From Eledone cirrhosa (lineage: Eukaryota), in contig OZ024746.1 in the NCBI GenBank assembly GCA_964016885.1, positions 95,728,001 through 95,792,000 of the forward strand: a stretch of 64,000 bases of DNA. Direction: 5' to 3'. Below are positions 26,430 through 39,132 of the stretch, in pieces. The notes under the pieces are model-generated. The model made no database searches, was not told the DNA's origin, and worked only from the letters and a program-made list of their open reading frames with translations. A program made the position numbers and the translations under genes. The number at the start of each line of letters is the position of its first letter. Within the stretch, counting starts at the first letter, position 1.

Positions 26430-28830
26430 TATTTTGCACGTTATCACTGCATTACCAAGCACAGCTCTGTGCACCTTGAGTATGTGCAGTGTGGTTTTTG
26501 ATGGTGCTTGTTCTATCGTATTGAGAGTACTCTTCCTAATATGTGTGCAGTGCTTAGTATTGTTATTTTTTGTATGTTGTATATATTTGTAAGTCCTGGA
26601 GTATTGGTTAAGTATCTGTCTGCTTTTTTTATCATTCCCAGAGCACCTGTAGTTATAGGTATTGGTTCTATTTTCAACATCCACATTCGAGTGATTTCTA
26701 TCTCTAGATCTTTATATTTGGAGAGTTTCTCCATTTCCTTGGAAGATATATTGTCGTCTGTGGGGATAGATACATCAATCAGAAGATATTTTGTTTCTTT
26801 GTAGTACTTGATTATAATATCTGGTCGGTTGGCCTTGATCTCTCTGTCTGTGTGTATTGGTTTTTTGGAGTTTTTTTTGTTTTTTGCAGTTTTCGGTTAT
26901 GGCTTTATTGATTTGTAACTTTAATGGCCGTGATTGATTAATTACAGCCATATGAGCCTTTGCAACATTATTTCTGTTCTTCTGGGAGCAGGTTGTTTTT
27001 TTCATGAATAATCCTGAATTATAAGATATGGTTGAAAAAAGGTTAGCATGTTTGCACTCTCTTGCTCACTTACTCTCTTTGGCGGTTAACCCTTGAAGGG
27101 ATCACATCGAGTGCAAGTATGCTAACCTTTTTTCAACCATATCTTATAATTCAGGATTAAACCTTGTCATACCACGAGGCACATTTGGTTACCATATTTG
27201 TAATACATGGACTACAATAAAGTTATTTTGATACTCGTTTTGAGAAACTCTTCATGCCTCAGTCATTACTTCAAATGTAGTGAGAGATAATTCTCACAAA
27301 AAGAAATTGTATGAAAAATTCTACTATATCTTATTTCTATTAAATATAGTAGTTGGGATCCAGTGGTGCTTACTGGAGTAAGTAACCCTGGGACCAACTC
27401 ACTAAAGGAGTTTTGTTAGTTTCTGTGATATTATTGCAGTTAGGGTTTTATATATTGTAGGCAGGCATGTTATGAGTATGTAGTTTTGGGGTTTTGCTGT
27501 CATTATTCTTGGTGATCAGGGTGGTTTTCCCCTTAGTGAGTCAATCAGGTATTTTTCCTGCTTCTGTCAGCATCTCATTAAGCCCCTTACTCCATGTGGC
27601 CCTGTTAAATATTTTAATCAGAAATTGGCGATCTTGCTTGCTTCTTTTTCATTGTGTTAGACACATCATCTGTTGTGATGTCTTCTCACAATTGTTCAGC
27701 TGCTGTGTCTGTTGTTCTTCCTTGTTCTGTACATGGTAATTTCTCTTCTCCTTCTGCCCATATTTTTCTCCAGAACTCTTCCACTTCTTTTACTTTTGGG
27801 GCTACATTTACTTCTATTTTTCTCTTATTGAGTCCTCTTGAGTTAGAGTGAGATAGCTGGTTTTGTTAAAAAAACGTTTTGTATCTCTGGATTCTTTATG
27901 GTTTTGCAAGTAATTGTTGTTTTAGGCATTCCTTAGTCACTGAGATTTCCTTTTCTGTTATATTATATTTCTTTAGTATTTTTATTTTCGTTCCTATTCC
28001 TAGTTTTTTTTTTTTTTTTCCTATTTCATTTAAGATTGAGAGGTCTTTTTTTATTTTCAACTTTTTTTGTATCTTTGTTTTCCATATTTCTCTGTGTTTC
28101 ATTTTCCTTGCTTCTGTTGATCTAAAGGAGTATCCACTTTCTTTTGTAACAGCAGCAGCTGTTATATAGATTATATTATTTAGCCTTGTGATACTAATGT
28201 TTTTATTCGTGTTATTATGTCTATGATGGTTAGAGTAGCAGTTTTTATAATTGTTGTTGCTTCAATATTAATTTTTATCTTTGGGATGGTGGGGTAGGGG
28301 GGTGTATTCTTTGGTCCATAGGGAGATCTTCTATTGTTTCTTGGATTATTTCTAGCTTTATCCTGTGGTGGTCTTGAGTTTTGTTTTGGAGGTGGGACTT
28401 TTCTACACCTTTCTCCTCATATTTCTTTTCATTTGTATTTTTGGTTGTGTTGTCCTGAATCTATTTTTGTTGTTCAGTAATCTGTGCACCTCTTGGTGTT
28501 GGGGTTTGTTATGTTTTGTTTACTTTATATGTTCTAGGTATGTTGGGTTTTTTCTTCATGTTTTAAGTTCTCAATATATTTTCGTTTGTAGTTGTTTTGT
28601 GTTTGTTATTTGTGTTTTTGTTGTGTATATGCTCTTTTATTTCCGTGACTGATAATTTTTTGGGGTTTTTAATATGTATCTCCTTAAATTTGCTAGTTTG
28701 TTAGCGTCAAGTTTTAAATTAGTCTTTGTTGTTTTTTTTGCCAAATTTTATAAATGTGTATTGTTGTGTTTTCCTTTTTAGGGTGTAGTGTTGTTGTAAA
28801 AAAGCATGAGGAATCGAAACATATTCTTCA
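26430..28830 (-). mobile_element. R4/Dong-like non-LTR retroelement remnant (RT N-terminal part plus restriction-like endonuclease)
   Basis: ANRPDIII...LLIDVSIP...EKLSKYKDLEIEITRMW...GALG...IQKITILSTAHIL at 26510-26840; KGKTTLITK...NYILITCLPTIYK at ~27450-27540. Confidence 0.8.
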
Positions 28831-29887
28831 TGTGTAGGGCTGGATTTAGCCCTTGGAGGGCTCAGGGAACTTCAGGTGTGGGGAAGGGGCTCATACACAA
28901 AAAATTGGAATACACAGCAAACCCCCAATTTTACCTATCAAAGTTGGCTGGCGCAAGTAGTTGGAATTGAAATATTATACATACAAGTATTACATTTTTA
29001 AAAATCTAACCATCCTCATTTTACATCCACTTTCCACACTGACATGTGTTAGACAGGTTGTCATAGTCCAAGATCAGACATATCAGAGTGACTTCATCTT
29101 GCTCATACATTACATATTTGGCATGGTTTCTATAGCTGGAATAGAGGCATTAGACAAAGGTACATAACCACTTTTACTGGGTGTATTGTTTTTGAGATAC
29201 CAGCACAACCACTTTACACAGTTGATTATAGTCTATCAAGGCACCAACACTAACAACTTACAGGATGTACTGAGGGTATTTTATCATGGCGCTAGTACTA
29301 AAGATGTCGTCACATGTTTGGCTAGACTAAAGTGTTCCTTTATACACTATACTGTCTCCATTCAATTACCAAACACTGTAGCCTCTCATCTCTCACCACA
29401 CTTACTTTTAGTGTCCCACTACTTGTACTGGTGGGAATGTCTTTTATATTATGTCATATTATCAATCAGCGTTCCTGTATCATCTCCTTTGTTGGGTTCA
29501 CTTGATGTCATTCTTTACAACTTTGTCCCATGTTTTCCTTGATATTCCACTTCAAACATTTGGCACTTTTTTTAATGCAACTCTCATTCTCCTTTTGTAT
29601 CACATGTCCATATCAGTGCACTCTTCACTCTTGCACAGTATATTCAACTAACATTTTTCCCAGCTCACGTGTGCCCTGTCATTCACACACACTATTATTG
29701 CATGTCAAAGGAATAAAATAAAAAAAATCCAGCAAAGGGCAGAAATAAATTGTTATAGCTGTCGTTGGCAATTCCAATCTTTCATAACCTTAGAAAAAAC
29801 TTAGTTTACAGTTTGTTGCTGCAACCATGATGGCACGCATATACATCTGTCAGTAATTAAACACTTTTTAATATGTTATATTTATAA

Positions 29888-29958
29888 TTGATCCTGATGA
29901 TCTCTCGTTAAGGATATTGTGAAGAATATATTTAGAGAATGAAACTTGTGTAGATCAA
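29888..29958 (+). ncRNA. Minimal hammerhead ribozyme motif
   Basis: ttgatc-CTGATGA-tctct...agagaat-GAAA-cttgtg-TA-gatcaa; perfect 6-bp stem I and a GUA triplet. Confidence 0.65.
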
Positions 29959-29975
29959 ATATATAATTATATTAA

Positions 29976-30459
29976 CTAGCAGAAAAACCACCCTTCAGGT
30001 GGTTTTCTGCTAGCATGTGTAGTGTGTATATTGATATTATTATACGCACGTATATATACATGTAGATATGATACATCAAATAACATCGTAATTGACAATA
30101 TAAACAGAAATTGAACGAAGACTGTGTTACACTGTCTTATGTAATCAGTAACGTAATCCATGATACATTAAAAAAGACGATATTATATATAAACTGCATT
30201 AGGAGAAAATTAGTGACAGAAATATATGTATGTTTATTTAAGTGATCGCTAACCGGAAATGTTAACATTTGAAAAATTTAAAGAAGTCAATCTTTAAATA
30301 AGTAATAAAATATATTTAATGAACAGCCACGAATGTAGTAGATAAATTATGTAATATTCATTCATTATTTATTCAAAGTAATCCAACTTTTTTTACTAAC
30401 TGGAATAAAAGAAATAAACTGTACGCAGTCCTGCACTCCTTACTTTATTATAGTTTAGA
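29976..30459 (-). mobile_element. Non-autonomous Helitron, same family as 6042-6615
   Basis: Reverse strand a|TCtaaactataataaag...hairpin-CTAG|t, i.e. inserted between A and T. Confidence 0.85.
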
Positions 30460-30894
30460 TTGTTGAACTTTGGTAAGCTATTTCTTATGTTAATATATAT
30501 GTGCATGTGTGTGTAATTCATTCATTCATTTCATTTCATTTTACGTCCGCTTTTCCCTGCTTGCAAGAGTGGGACGGGAACTGATTTTGGCTTAATTTCT
30601 ACAGCTGGATGCCCTTCCTAACACCAACCTCATTTACAGTGAGTGCTGGGTGCTTTTTTGCCATGGCACCTACACGTCCACTTTGCAGTGGAATGATAGG
30701 GACCCCAGTCCGTATCATCTCATTTCTACAGCTGAGTAAACTGGAGCAATGTGAAATAAAGTGTCTTGTTCAAGGAAACAACACATCACCCGGTCTGAGA
30801 ATTGAACTCACAACCTTTCGACTGCAAGGCTAATGCTCTAACCAGTAAGCCATGTGCCTCCTATAGCCATGTGCCTCCTGTAATTATATATATA

Positions 30895-30938
<44 letters not shown>

Positions 30939-31015
30939 TATATATACACACACACACATATATATTAACATAATATAGAACTCTACCTTCATATATATAT
31001 ATATATAACAGTACC

Positions 31016-31051
<36 letters not shown>

Positions 31052-31256
31052 GGTACTGTTCTACATTTCCATTCATTAAATAATAACATTTATGTACATT
31101 TTAGAGGCATTAGACAAAGGTACATATATCTAACATGTTAATCAGCAGAGAGGAATTAATAAGGTAGGTTATATGCAGACTCTGGGACATGAGCTATTGA
31201 TTGTCCAAAATTCGATCAGGAATCATTTCCTGGAGTCTGAATATCACATGCCGTAT

Positions 31257-31329
31257 CAATTCTGGACTGATGATGTGTCAGACATACGGAACTTTAACTA
31301 ACACTTCTGAAATATACATAACAGGAATT
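31257..31329 (+). ncRNA. Degenerate minimal hammerhead motif
   Basis: aatttctgga-CTGATGA-tgtgtcag...ctaacacttct-GAAA-tataca-TA-acaggaatt. Confidence 0.45.
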
Positions 31330-31932
31330 ATCTAATAAATTGAAGTATGGAAATGTAGAACCAGGACTTTGTAATGCCATGGTTCCAATTCCTGGGCTGG
31401 GTTGCATGTCGTGTTCTTAGGCAAAACACCTCATTTCACATTGCTCCAGTATACTCAGCTGAAAATGTCGATTAAGAGTTGGTCTCCGATCAAATGACCA
31501 AACCCGAGTTGATCAATATAGAAACAATTGTAATATGGCATAAAGTTTACAAAAAGCTGCCATTCTTGTCACTCTATATACACTTGGCAAATTACAGCCG
31601 TCTTAAACCTGGAGCACAACCTGTAATATATATCATATATTATATCCACCACTCAATACCTGCCCCTAAAAATATGCCACCCTCCCCCAACCACCATGAA
31701 ACCTATAAATACCAACAACTCACTATATCAACCGGCATTCCTGATAATTTCATATGAATGAAACTGTTTTAGTCCTGTAGAAGCCATCCCTATATAAAAT
31801 GTTATTGTTCTCACTCTACTTATTTATTGAGTACCTTATTTACTTTGGTTACCCTCGATTCCACTCTAGGGGGAACGTGGGCACACACACACATACACAC
31901 ACACATGCACACGCACACGTACACACACACAC

Positions 31933-32051
31933 ATTATAAAGTGTTGGGACCCGGTGGCTGAGCTCTTGCCATTTCAATAGCTAGTTCCAGACTGTGGAAC
32001 TAGCTGTTGAAATGGCAAGGCCTCAGCTGTCAGGTCCCAACTCTTTATAAT
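31933..32051. other. ~119-nt near-perfect hairpin (palindromic MITE or hairpin RNA)
   Basis: Arms of ~57 nt around loop gactg; most non-Watson-Crick pairs are G.U on the + strand. Confidence 0.8.
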
Positions 32052-32124
32052 ATAACCATACTCTACTAACCCAAGTATTGAGTACTTTGTTGAGTAATGA
32101 TCTAACTAGTTTTAAACTTGTTCC

Positions 32125-32170
<46 letters not shown>

Positions 32171-32272
32171 GGGTTTGAGGTTCACCACTGTATAGAGCTG
32201 GTCTATTCCGTATGGTCAATCGATTTTCAGCCCCATGGATTTTATCTATTACATTCACGTATTATATTTCGA

Positions 32273-32330
32273 ATACCTGATGATATCACCGGATTCATAT
32301 GGAACCCGGTCATTGAAATGATCATAGTAT
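32273..32330 (+). ncRNA. Minimal hammerhead motif in a short element lying between (TA)n tracts
   Basis: atac-CTGATGA-tatcaccgg...ccggtcatt-GAAA-tgatca-TA-gtat; palindromic stem III loop. Confidence 0.6.
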
Positions 32331-32378
32331 AATAAACCTTTCAAGGATTTACACAAATCCAGCCTCCTGTCATTTCAT

Positions 32379-32410
<32 letters not shown>

Positions 32411-35400
32411 TATATATGTATATATACATAAAAAAAAAAAAAATTAACAAAGGCTGGCTTATAGGTAATATCTAAATAAGTTACTGTATAATAAAATGTT
32501 AAAGTCTGAAGCACAGAACCTCATCAGGCCAGGGTTTATCCCAGTTTTATTGACATTAAGCAACTGAGAGTACATGACTTCCCCCGAATGGAAACCTATC
32601 TGTCATAGGGTTAACCCTCAGTTGTTGCTGGTATATTTCATTCAGCTGAGCAAGAATGAAACCCATACCCTTATTGTCACATCCCTTAATTGGATCCGCA
32701 CAACACATGCCAGGACAGCACATCATCTCCATTGATGGTAAATGAAAGATAGCTCAGCATGTGACTGTGAAGATCCTAACCAGACAGTACTGCATGTTGT
32801 TTGGGATTGCTCCACTTCGAACGTTTTCCCAGCGGTCTGGAGGCACCTTGTTCTGGCTTGCTAGTCTCGACCTGCCTCTCTAGCTACTCTGCAGGGCCTC
32901 CAAGAGAAATTTTGCAAGGCAGTACAAGGCTCCTGTGGGCCCCAAAGCAGGCAAAGATTTTTCTCAAAATGGATGTTGCATGGTTGCTGTGGGTCCTTCT
33001 TAGCTCTTGGGTCCCAGAACAAAGTACCGACTGGACCCTCCTCTCATAGGCCCTGCTACATTGCATATGTCATACGATGACAACAACAAGAAGACAAGCC
33101 CAACAATCTAGCTACTAGGCTATACATCTTGAATGCATAATGAAAACTGATTAAAAACTTTAAATTAATACTGTTGATGGGTTGGTGATAGGAAGGGCAT
33201 CCAGCTATAGAAAACTTGTCAATCAAAGGATTGAGAGGACTTTTCAGTTGTGTCAAAGGTATTATAACATCTTTAGTACTAGCATCATGATAAAATGCAC
33301 CCAGTATACTCTGTATAGTACAAGATTGTATGTAAGCATGATGTTCTTTCTGGCCTGTCTGAATGGTCAGTGGCTTTGGTTAAGTACTCACTTGGTATGT
33401 GATGACCCAGTCAACCATTGCTAGCAGGGAAAATGGTTGTTAAAGGATGATGATGATAATCGTAATGATGATGGTGATGATGGTGATGATGGTGATGATA
33501 ATGATGATGAAGATAGTGACAATGATGGTGAGGATGATAGAAAGACATGTCTACCAAAGCTAAGGTAGTTCTATTGATTCAAGTCAACTCTAACTAAGTA
33601 AAATTACTTAAAGATATGAACGATAACTCTGCACCTTGAATTGTTATTGGTGATTAAATAACAAATATTACCACAGTAAAATAATATTATCCTAGTGCTT
33701 GTTAGCATTGTCACAGAAAAACAAAAACATTTGTACAACTGACTGAATATCTACTGGGCTGTGTAGAGCAACAGCAGGAAATGGGTGCTACCTTAAATAG
33801 AAAATTAAAGAGGCTTCTCTTATCATAACAAGACTCTAACATACATTATCATAAAGCCTTCTGTATTTGTATTAGATTGTTACAAAAATTTTATGTTATT
33901 TTTCTTTTGTTTATCATAACAAATCACACTTTATATAATTGCTGCAAGTGGCATTTATAACTGAAAAACTGTTGCTACTATCTTTACTTACAGCTCTTAT
34001 TAACGAGACTACCTGAATATCTAGAAATTAAAATTGTTGCCCCTGTTATCACTTAGCAATGTTAAGATAAAATTAAAGTCTGTTCCAAACCAATAGTCTC
34101 ATCAGGCCAGTGCTTATCCAAGTTTCATCAGTGTTAACCAACAATAAATCTTCCCCCCTGGACAGGTTGCTAGGTCATCGCTAGGTTAATCCCCAACTAT
34201 TGCTGGTAATCATTTTTAGCTGTGTACATAAAACATGCAACATAAAATGAAGTGTTTTGCTCAAGAACATAAGGAGCAACCTAATCCAGGAATCAGACCC
34301 ACAACATTATGATTGTAAGTCCAACGCCCTAACCTTTAACAATGAAACTACCTGAAATATTTGTCAATGAAAATTATTGTCTCTGTTGTCCCTTACAGCT
34401 TTGTTAATGAGACTACCTGAATATTTTAACCCTTTAGCATTTAAACCAGCTGTATCCGGCCAGAATACTTTCCCCTTTTTGAAACCGGCTGTAACCAGCA
34501 GCTCACACTAATGTTAAGATATTGTTTTTAAAATAAACAATAACATCATCAAAATCTTGTAGACTCGAGATTATGTGAGATAAAGCCTTTACCATGAATA
34601 TACAATAGCAAATATAAAATAATCGTTTCTGCTTTTGGCACAAGGCCAGAAATTACCCCAGTACATTACTGGTGCTTTATTTTATTGACCCTCGTAAGGA
34701 TGAAAGGCAAAGCTAACCTCAGCAGGATTTGAACTCAGAACGCAAAGGGCCATAACTCTATGTTGCAAAGCATGGTGTCTGATACTCTACCAATACTGCC
34801 AATCCACCACCTTAACCCTTTACCATTCACATTACTCTATATACACTATTATATTTTCATGGTAAGGCTTTACCTCGCATAATATCGAATCTATGAGATT
34901 TTGAAAGTATTTATTTTGAGAACAACACCTTAACATCAGTTTGAGTGACCAGTTACAGCCAGTTTCAACAGAAAAAGGTAGAGAATTCTGGTCAGTTTTG
35001 GCTGGTTTGAACATTAAAGGGTTAAATATAGAATATAGAAAATAGAGTAAATATAGAATAATGAGTGAAGCAGGATCTGGATTATTTGACTTGAGAATGT
35101 ATTTTGTAACCAAGAAGTTGTCCATAAAGCAATCGAGGGTCCTCCATAGTTTCAACAATGATCATTCAGTCGTTCAATCAACTGAACATTTAACTTGTGA
35201 TTTAATGTGTAAGTGGTTGAGTATCCCACAAACATCATCAACATCATCTTCATCACCGTTTAACATCTATTTTCATGTTTGTATATGTTATAGGGGTTGT
35301 GACCATGTCTTGCTCATATAGATCTGTTTTGGCTTCGTTTTATATGGTTAGATGCCCTTCCTAATACCAACCCCAGCACAGCATGTACTGGGATCTTTTC

Positions 35401-36112
35401 TTGTGGCACCACCTCTATCACTCTGCAGGGTGGACTGAATGATTTTTGTCATGGCACCAGTACAACCACCTAACAGGGTAGGTAGGGTGCTTTGTTGTTG
35501 AGTTACACAACTACTTTAGAGGGTAGACTGGGTGACTGTACTCTAGGGTCGTATTATACACAGCAGTGTAATTTATTCTTACATTTTAGCTTCAAAAACA
35601 GGGGTCATATTCTATTCAAGTCATATTATGTAATCAAGTAATATTATTCACAACAAAATATAATTTTCTTTTAACCCCTTTTAGGATTTAAACCGGCTGT
35701 ATCCAGCCAGAATTCTCTCACCTCTTTCTGTTCAAACCAGCTGTAACCGGCTGCTTATACCTAAATTAAGGTACTGTTCTCAAAATAAATAACATCAAAA
35801 TCTCATAGCTTCGATATTATGGGAGATAATAATGTGAGGTAAAACCTTTACTGTGAAAATATAATAGTATATTTAGAGTAATGTAAATGCTAAAGGGTTA
35901 AAGTAAATTTTGGTGACAGAAAATTATAGAAAATTCTTTTTAGATCAGAGTTTTCTGAAATTAGAACTAAATCATTACCATACAGGGTTCCCATGGAGTG
36001 TTAGTCTTAAACTCCTTAGTTATGGCTTAAAGGACAATGATAAACAGGAGAACTCTGTCCTGATAGACTCCCACCTATACTTTAAATTCATCACTGTACT
36101 CATTGCACGCAT

Positions 36113-36114
<2 letters not shown>

Positions 36115-36157
<43 letters not shown>

Positions 36158-36217
36158 TAGATAGATAGATAGAGATAGAGAGAGAGAGAGAGGGAGAGAG
36201 AGAGAGAGGGAGAGAGA

Positions 36218-36281
<64 letters not shown>

Positions 36282-36346
36282 TATATATATATATATATAT
36301 ATACATCTCTCTCTCTCTCTCTTCAACAAATTGAATATCCCTTCTG

Positions 36347-36425
<79 letters not shown>
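36115..36425. repeat. Compound microsatellite (CA)n(GATA)n(GA)n(TA)n
   Basis: Seen directly. Other long tracts: 16526-16602 (TA), 24231-24322 (CA), 36686-36771 (TA/TG). Confidence 0.95.
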
Positions 36426-36428
<3 letters not shown>

Positions 36429-36555
36429 CAAAAGGGATATTCAATTTGTTGGTAATTCAACAAATATAAATGTTTATAACTGATTCAGAGCACTCAACAG
36501 TTTTTCATATTCAATGATATTAAATAAATGGAAACTATATTTATAAAACTATATT

Positions 36556-36616
36556 TATTCTATTATATATATTTCAAGGGTACCAAAACTTTGGTACGCT
36601 TTCATCAGATGAAATA
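36556..36616 (-). ncRNA. Best-preserved minimal hammerhead motif, between (TA)n tracts
   Basis: Reverse strand tatttcat-CTGATGA-aagcgtacca aagttt tggtaccctt-GAAA-tatata-TA-atagaata; all three stems can form. Confidence 0.7.
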
Positions 36617-36680
36617 CAAAGAGTGTTTTATAAATTTTGTCATAACCAAGGAGAATATACCTTAACGGTTCAAGTTTTCC

Positions 36681-36774
<94 letters not shown>

Positions 36775-37041
36775 GGCACTCACAAAAATTAGGATAGAAG
36801 ATTTAGACTTAAATATAAACACTTTAAAATAAGCAGTTTGCACCAGAGAACTAAGGCCAGTCTCAAGTAGTTTGTATTAAAAAGATTTATTGCAATATTT
36901 TAACCCATTTAGTCAATTCAAATATTAACCATCGTTTGTTATATGTGCAACTAATTCCTTAGCTATTATGATAATGTCTGATTTAAATTAATTAAGTAAA
37001 GAATATAATTCTCTATTCATTGATAAAATTCATTTTTGCAG

Positions 37042-37089
37042 ATCATTAAAACGTGGTTTTGACAATTTCAAGACATTAAACAATGACAG
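37042..37089 (+). CDS. Candidate upstream exon carrying the start codon (ATG ACA G, phase 1) of the giant gene
   Basis: catttttgcag acceptor at 37040-41, ATG at 37083, consensus donor CAG|GTAAGT. Splicing to 44572 gives MTGLKPNLVIILVVYSVTFKPLIIQA, which resembles a signal peptide. Confidence 0.55.
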
Positions 37090-37364
37090 GTAAGTAAATA
37101 TTTCAGCCACCTCACTTAATATATAGTTATAACTACCAGTATTAGTATCATACATTGCTTTTTAATTCATTTATCTGATAGAAGTTGTTTAAAAGAAAAT
37201 TAAGAAATGATATAATGGGGCATCACATTTTCTATTTTCAAAATTATGTAAACTTCATTGAAAATAGTATTTTTTTTAGAAATCTATAAGAATACAATCA
37301 AATATTAAATCTAATAAAAATTCAACAAAGATATTGAAATATAGGCATATTATTTACATATAAA

Positions 37365-37600
37365 TACTTCTACTTCTTTGCCCACTTATTCCTGAGAGGG
37401 TCATGGAGGAAGAGTCCTTAACACTCTCTCTAGTGGGTCCTGTCAGAAGCAACCATCTCCAACTGATCTGGCTGGATCCCCAAGTGTGACCAGGCAAGTT
37501 CATGAATGTTATCCAACCATCTTGCTCAGGGTCTACCCCTGGGTCCCCCGCTGGTTGGTTTTGCCCGTAAAATCTGTCCAGTGATTCTTTCCCAAAACTT
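37365..37600 (-). mobile_element. RTE LINE 3' fragment; another RTE-like 3' fragment at ~32690-33095 (+)
   Basis: KPTSGGPRGRP...WLDNIHELAWSHLGI...LEMVASDR on the reverse strand. Confidence 0.55.
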
Positions 37601-39132
37601 TCTAAATACAATTTATATAATAAATATGATTTACAAAGGAAATATATCAATGAAAATTAGTCAGAGAAAAATAAAACAAGACATGTGCCCACTCCACTAC
37701 GTGCAGCAACAGGGAATGTTAAAGTTTCACTCTAAAACATTTTGAGACAAGCCAAAACACTCACTGCATTACTGTGGATGATAAAGAGATGATGAAGATG
37801 GAATAACATCACCTGATGCTTCAGTAAAGTGAGGCACCAACAATGACACAAACCCTGTTGTAAGAAGACTACCACCTCCAAATATCTCGAATGCCATAGG
37901 CTGAAAAATGTAGTTTACTGATAAATTTTACCTTGGAAATATTTAATAGGTCTTGATATATTTCGAAAAAAAGGTACTTTTTTCAAAGGAGTTTAGAAAA
38001 CATGAGAGAGATGTGGTTGTTGTTGATTAAGGTCATATTTCCAAGGAAATATTTTTATATCTTTGTTATTGGTATTTAATGCTCTATTTGCATTACTATA
38101 GTAAACTATTTTCTACAAATTCTATGCTTCAAGTAAACCACAACTCTTTTCATTCATGATGTTTATATTGGAAAATATTTGCAACTAAATTTTCTTTATA
38201 AATTTCCATTTACTGTATTGAGTACAGTTCCTTTTATTATCATTATTTCTCATGGGATATACTGCCTATGATTTTGAAATAATTTTGAAATAATCAGGAA
38301 TTTGAAGGGATTTAGTCTTCTTTTTCATCCACATTCCTTGGAGAGTCATGGGAATAATTAACTTTCTCATTATTAAGTTTGGCACGTAACTTAACAAAGG
38401 TTCGTAACTTAACAAAGGTTTGGCACGTAACTTAACAAAGGTTCCTTATGATGGAAGGTTTGGGATTAATATAAACTCTTTAAAAACAAATAGCTTTGTA
38501 TCATAGACCTAGGGACGTTTTCTGGTGAGTTGCTGTCAAAAGTTTAATTGATAAACAGCTTTGTTAGTTTTTAAAACTTAACCCTTTTGTGACCATATTT
38601 CTCATGAAATACACAATCTGTGTGTTTCAATTAATTATCTTAATAATCAAGAAGAAAACAGAGAAGAAGAATGTTTAATTTTCTTTTTATGATTTACATG
38701 ATAAACACACCCAGTACACTCTGTAAAATGATTGTTGATAGAGAGGGTATCCAGCCATAGAAAACATACCAAACATAATGTCAAGGAAGATTCTTGTTTT
38801 AAATTCAAAATATTTATAATTTTCTTAACTCTTACTGTCCTGTATCACATGAAACTGCATTTACAAGACATTCTTGAAAAGTAAAAAAACAGCACTATGA
38901 CTGCATCACATTCAAAATTTAAGTCTACAAATTTTCACAAAGATCTGTCCACTAGTAAAGATACTATAAATATTAAAATTAACAGACCCTGTTTTAGTCA
39001 TTATCTGCTAAATCATAGCAAGATTTTAAAAATTTTGCAAAACAAATACAAAAATAAATATAAGTTCACTCTTTATAAAAGAGTATGAATCCGGAAAAAA
39101 GAAATTTTATATTTAAAACTATAAGAATCAAT

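Noticed and set aside
31105-31145. Possible 5' UTR micro-exon (ttttag|aggc...aataag|gtaggt)
   Set aside because: Splice-like motifs only, with no frame constraint to support them; needs RNA-seq.
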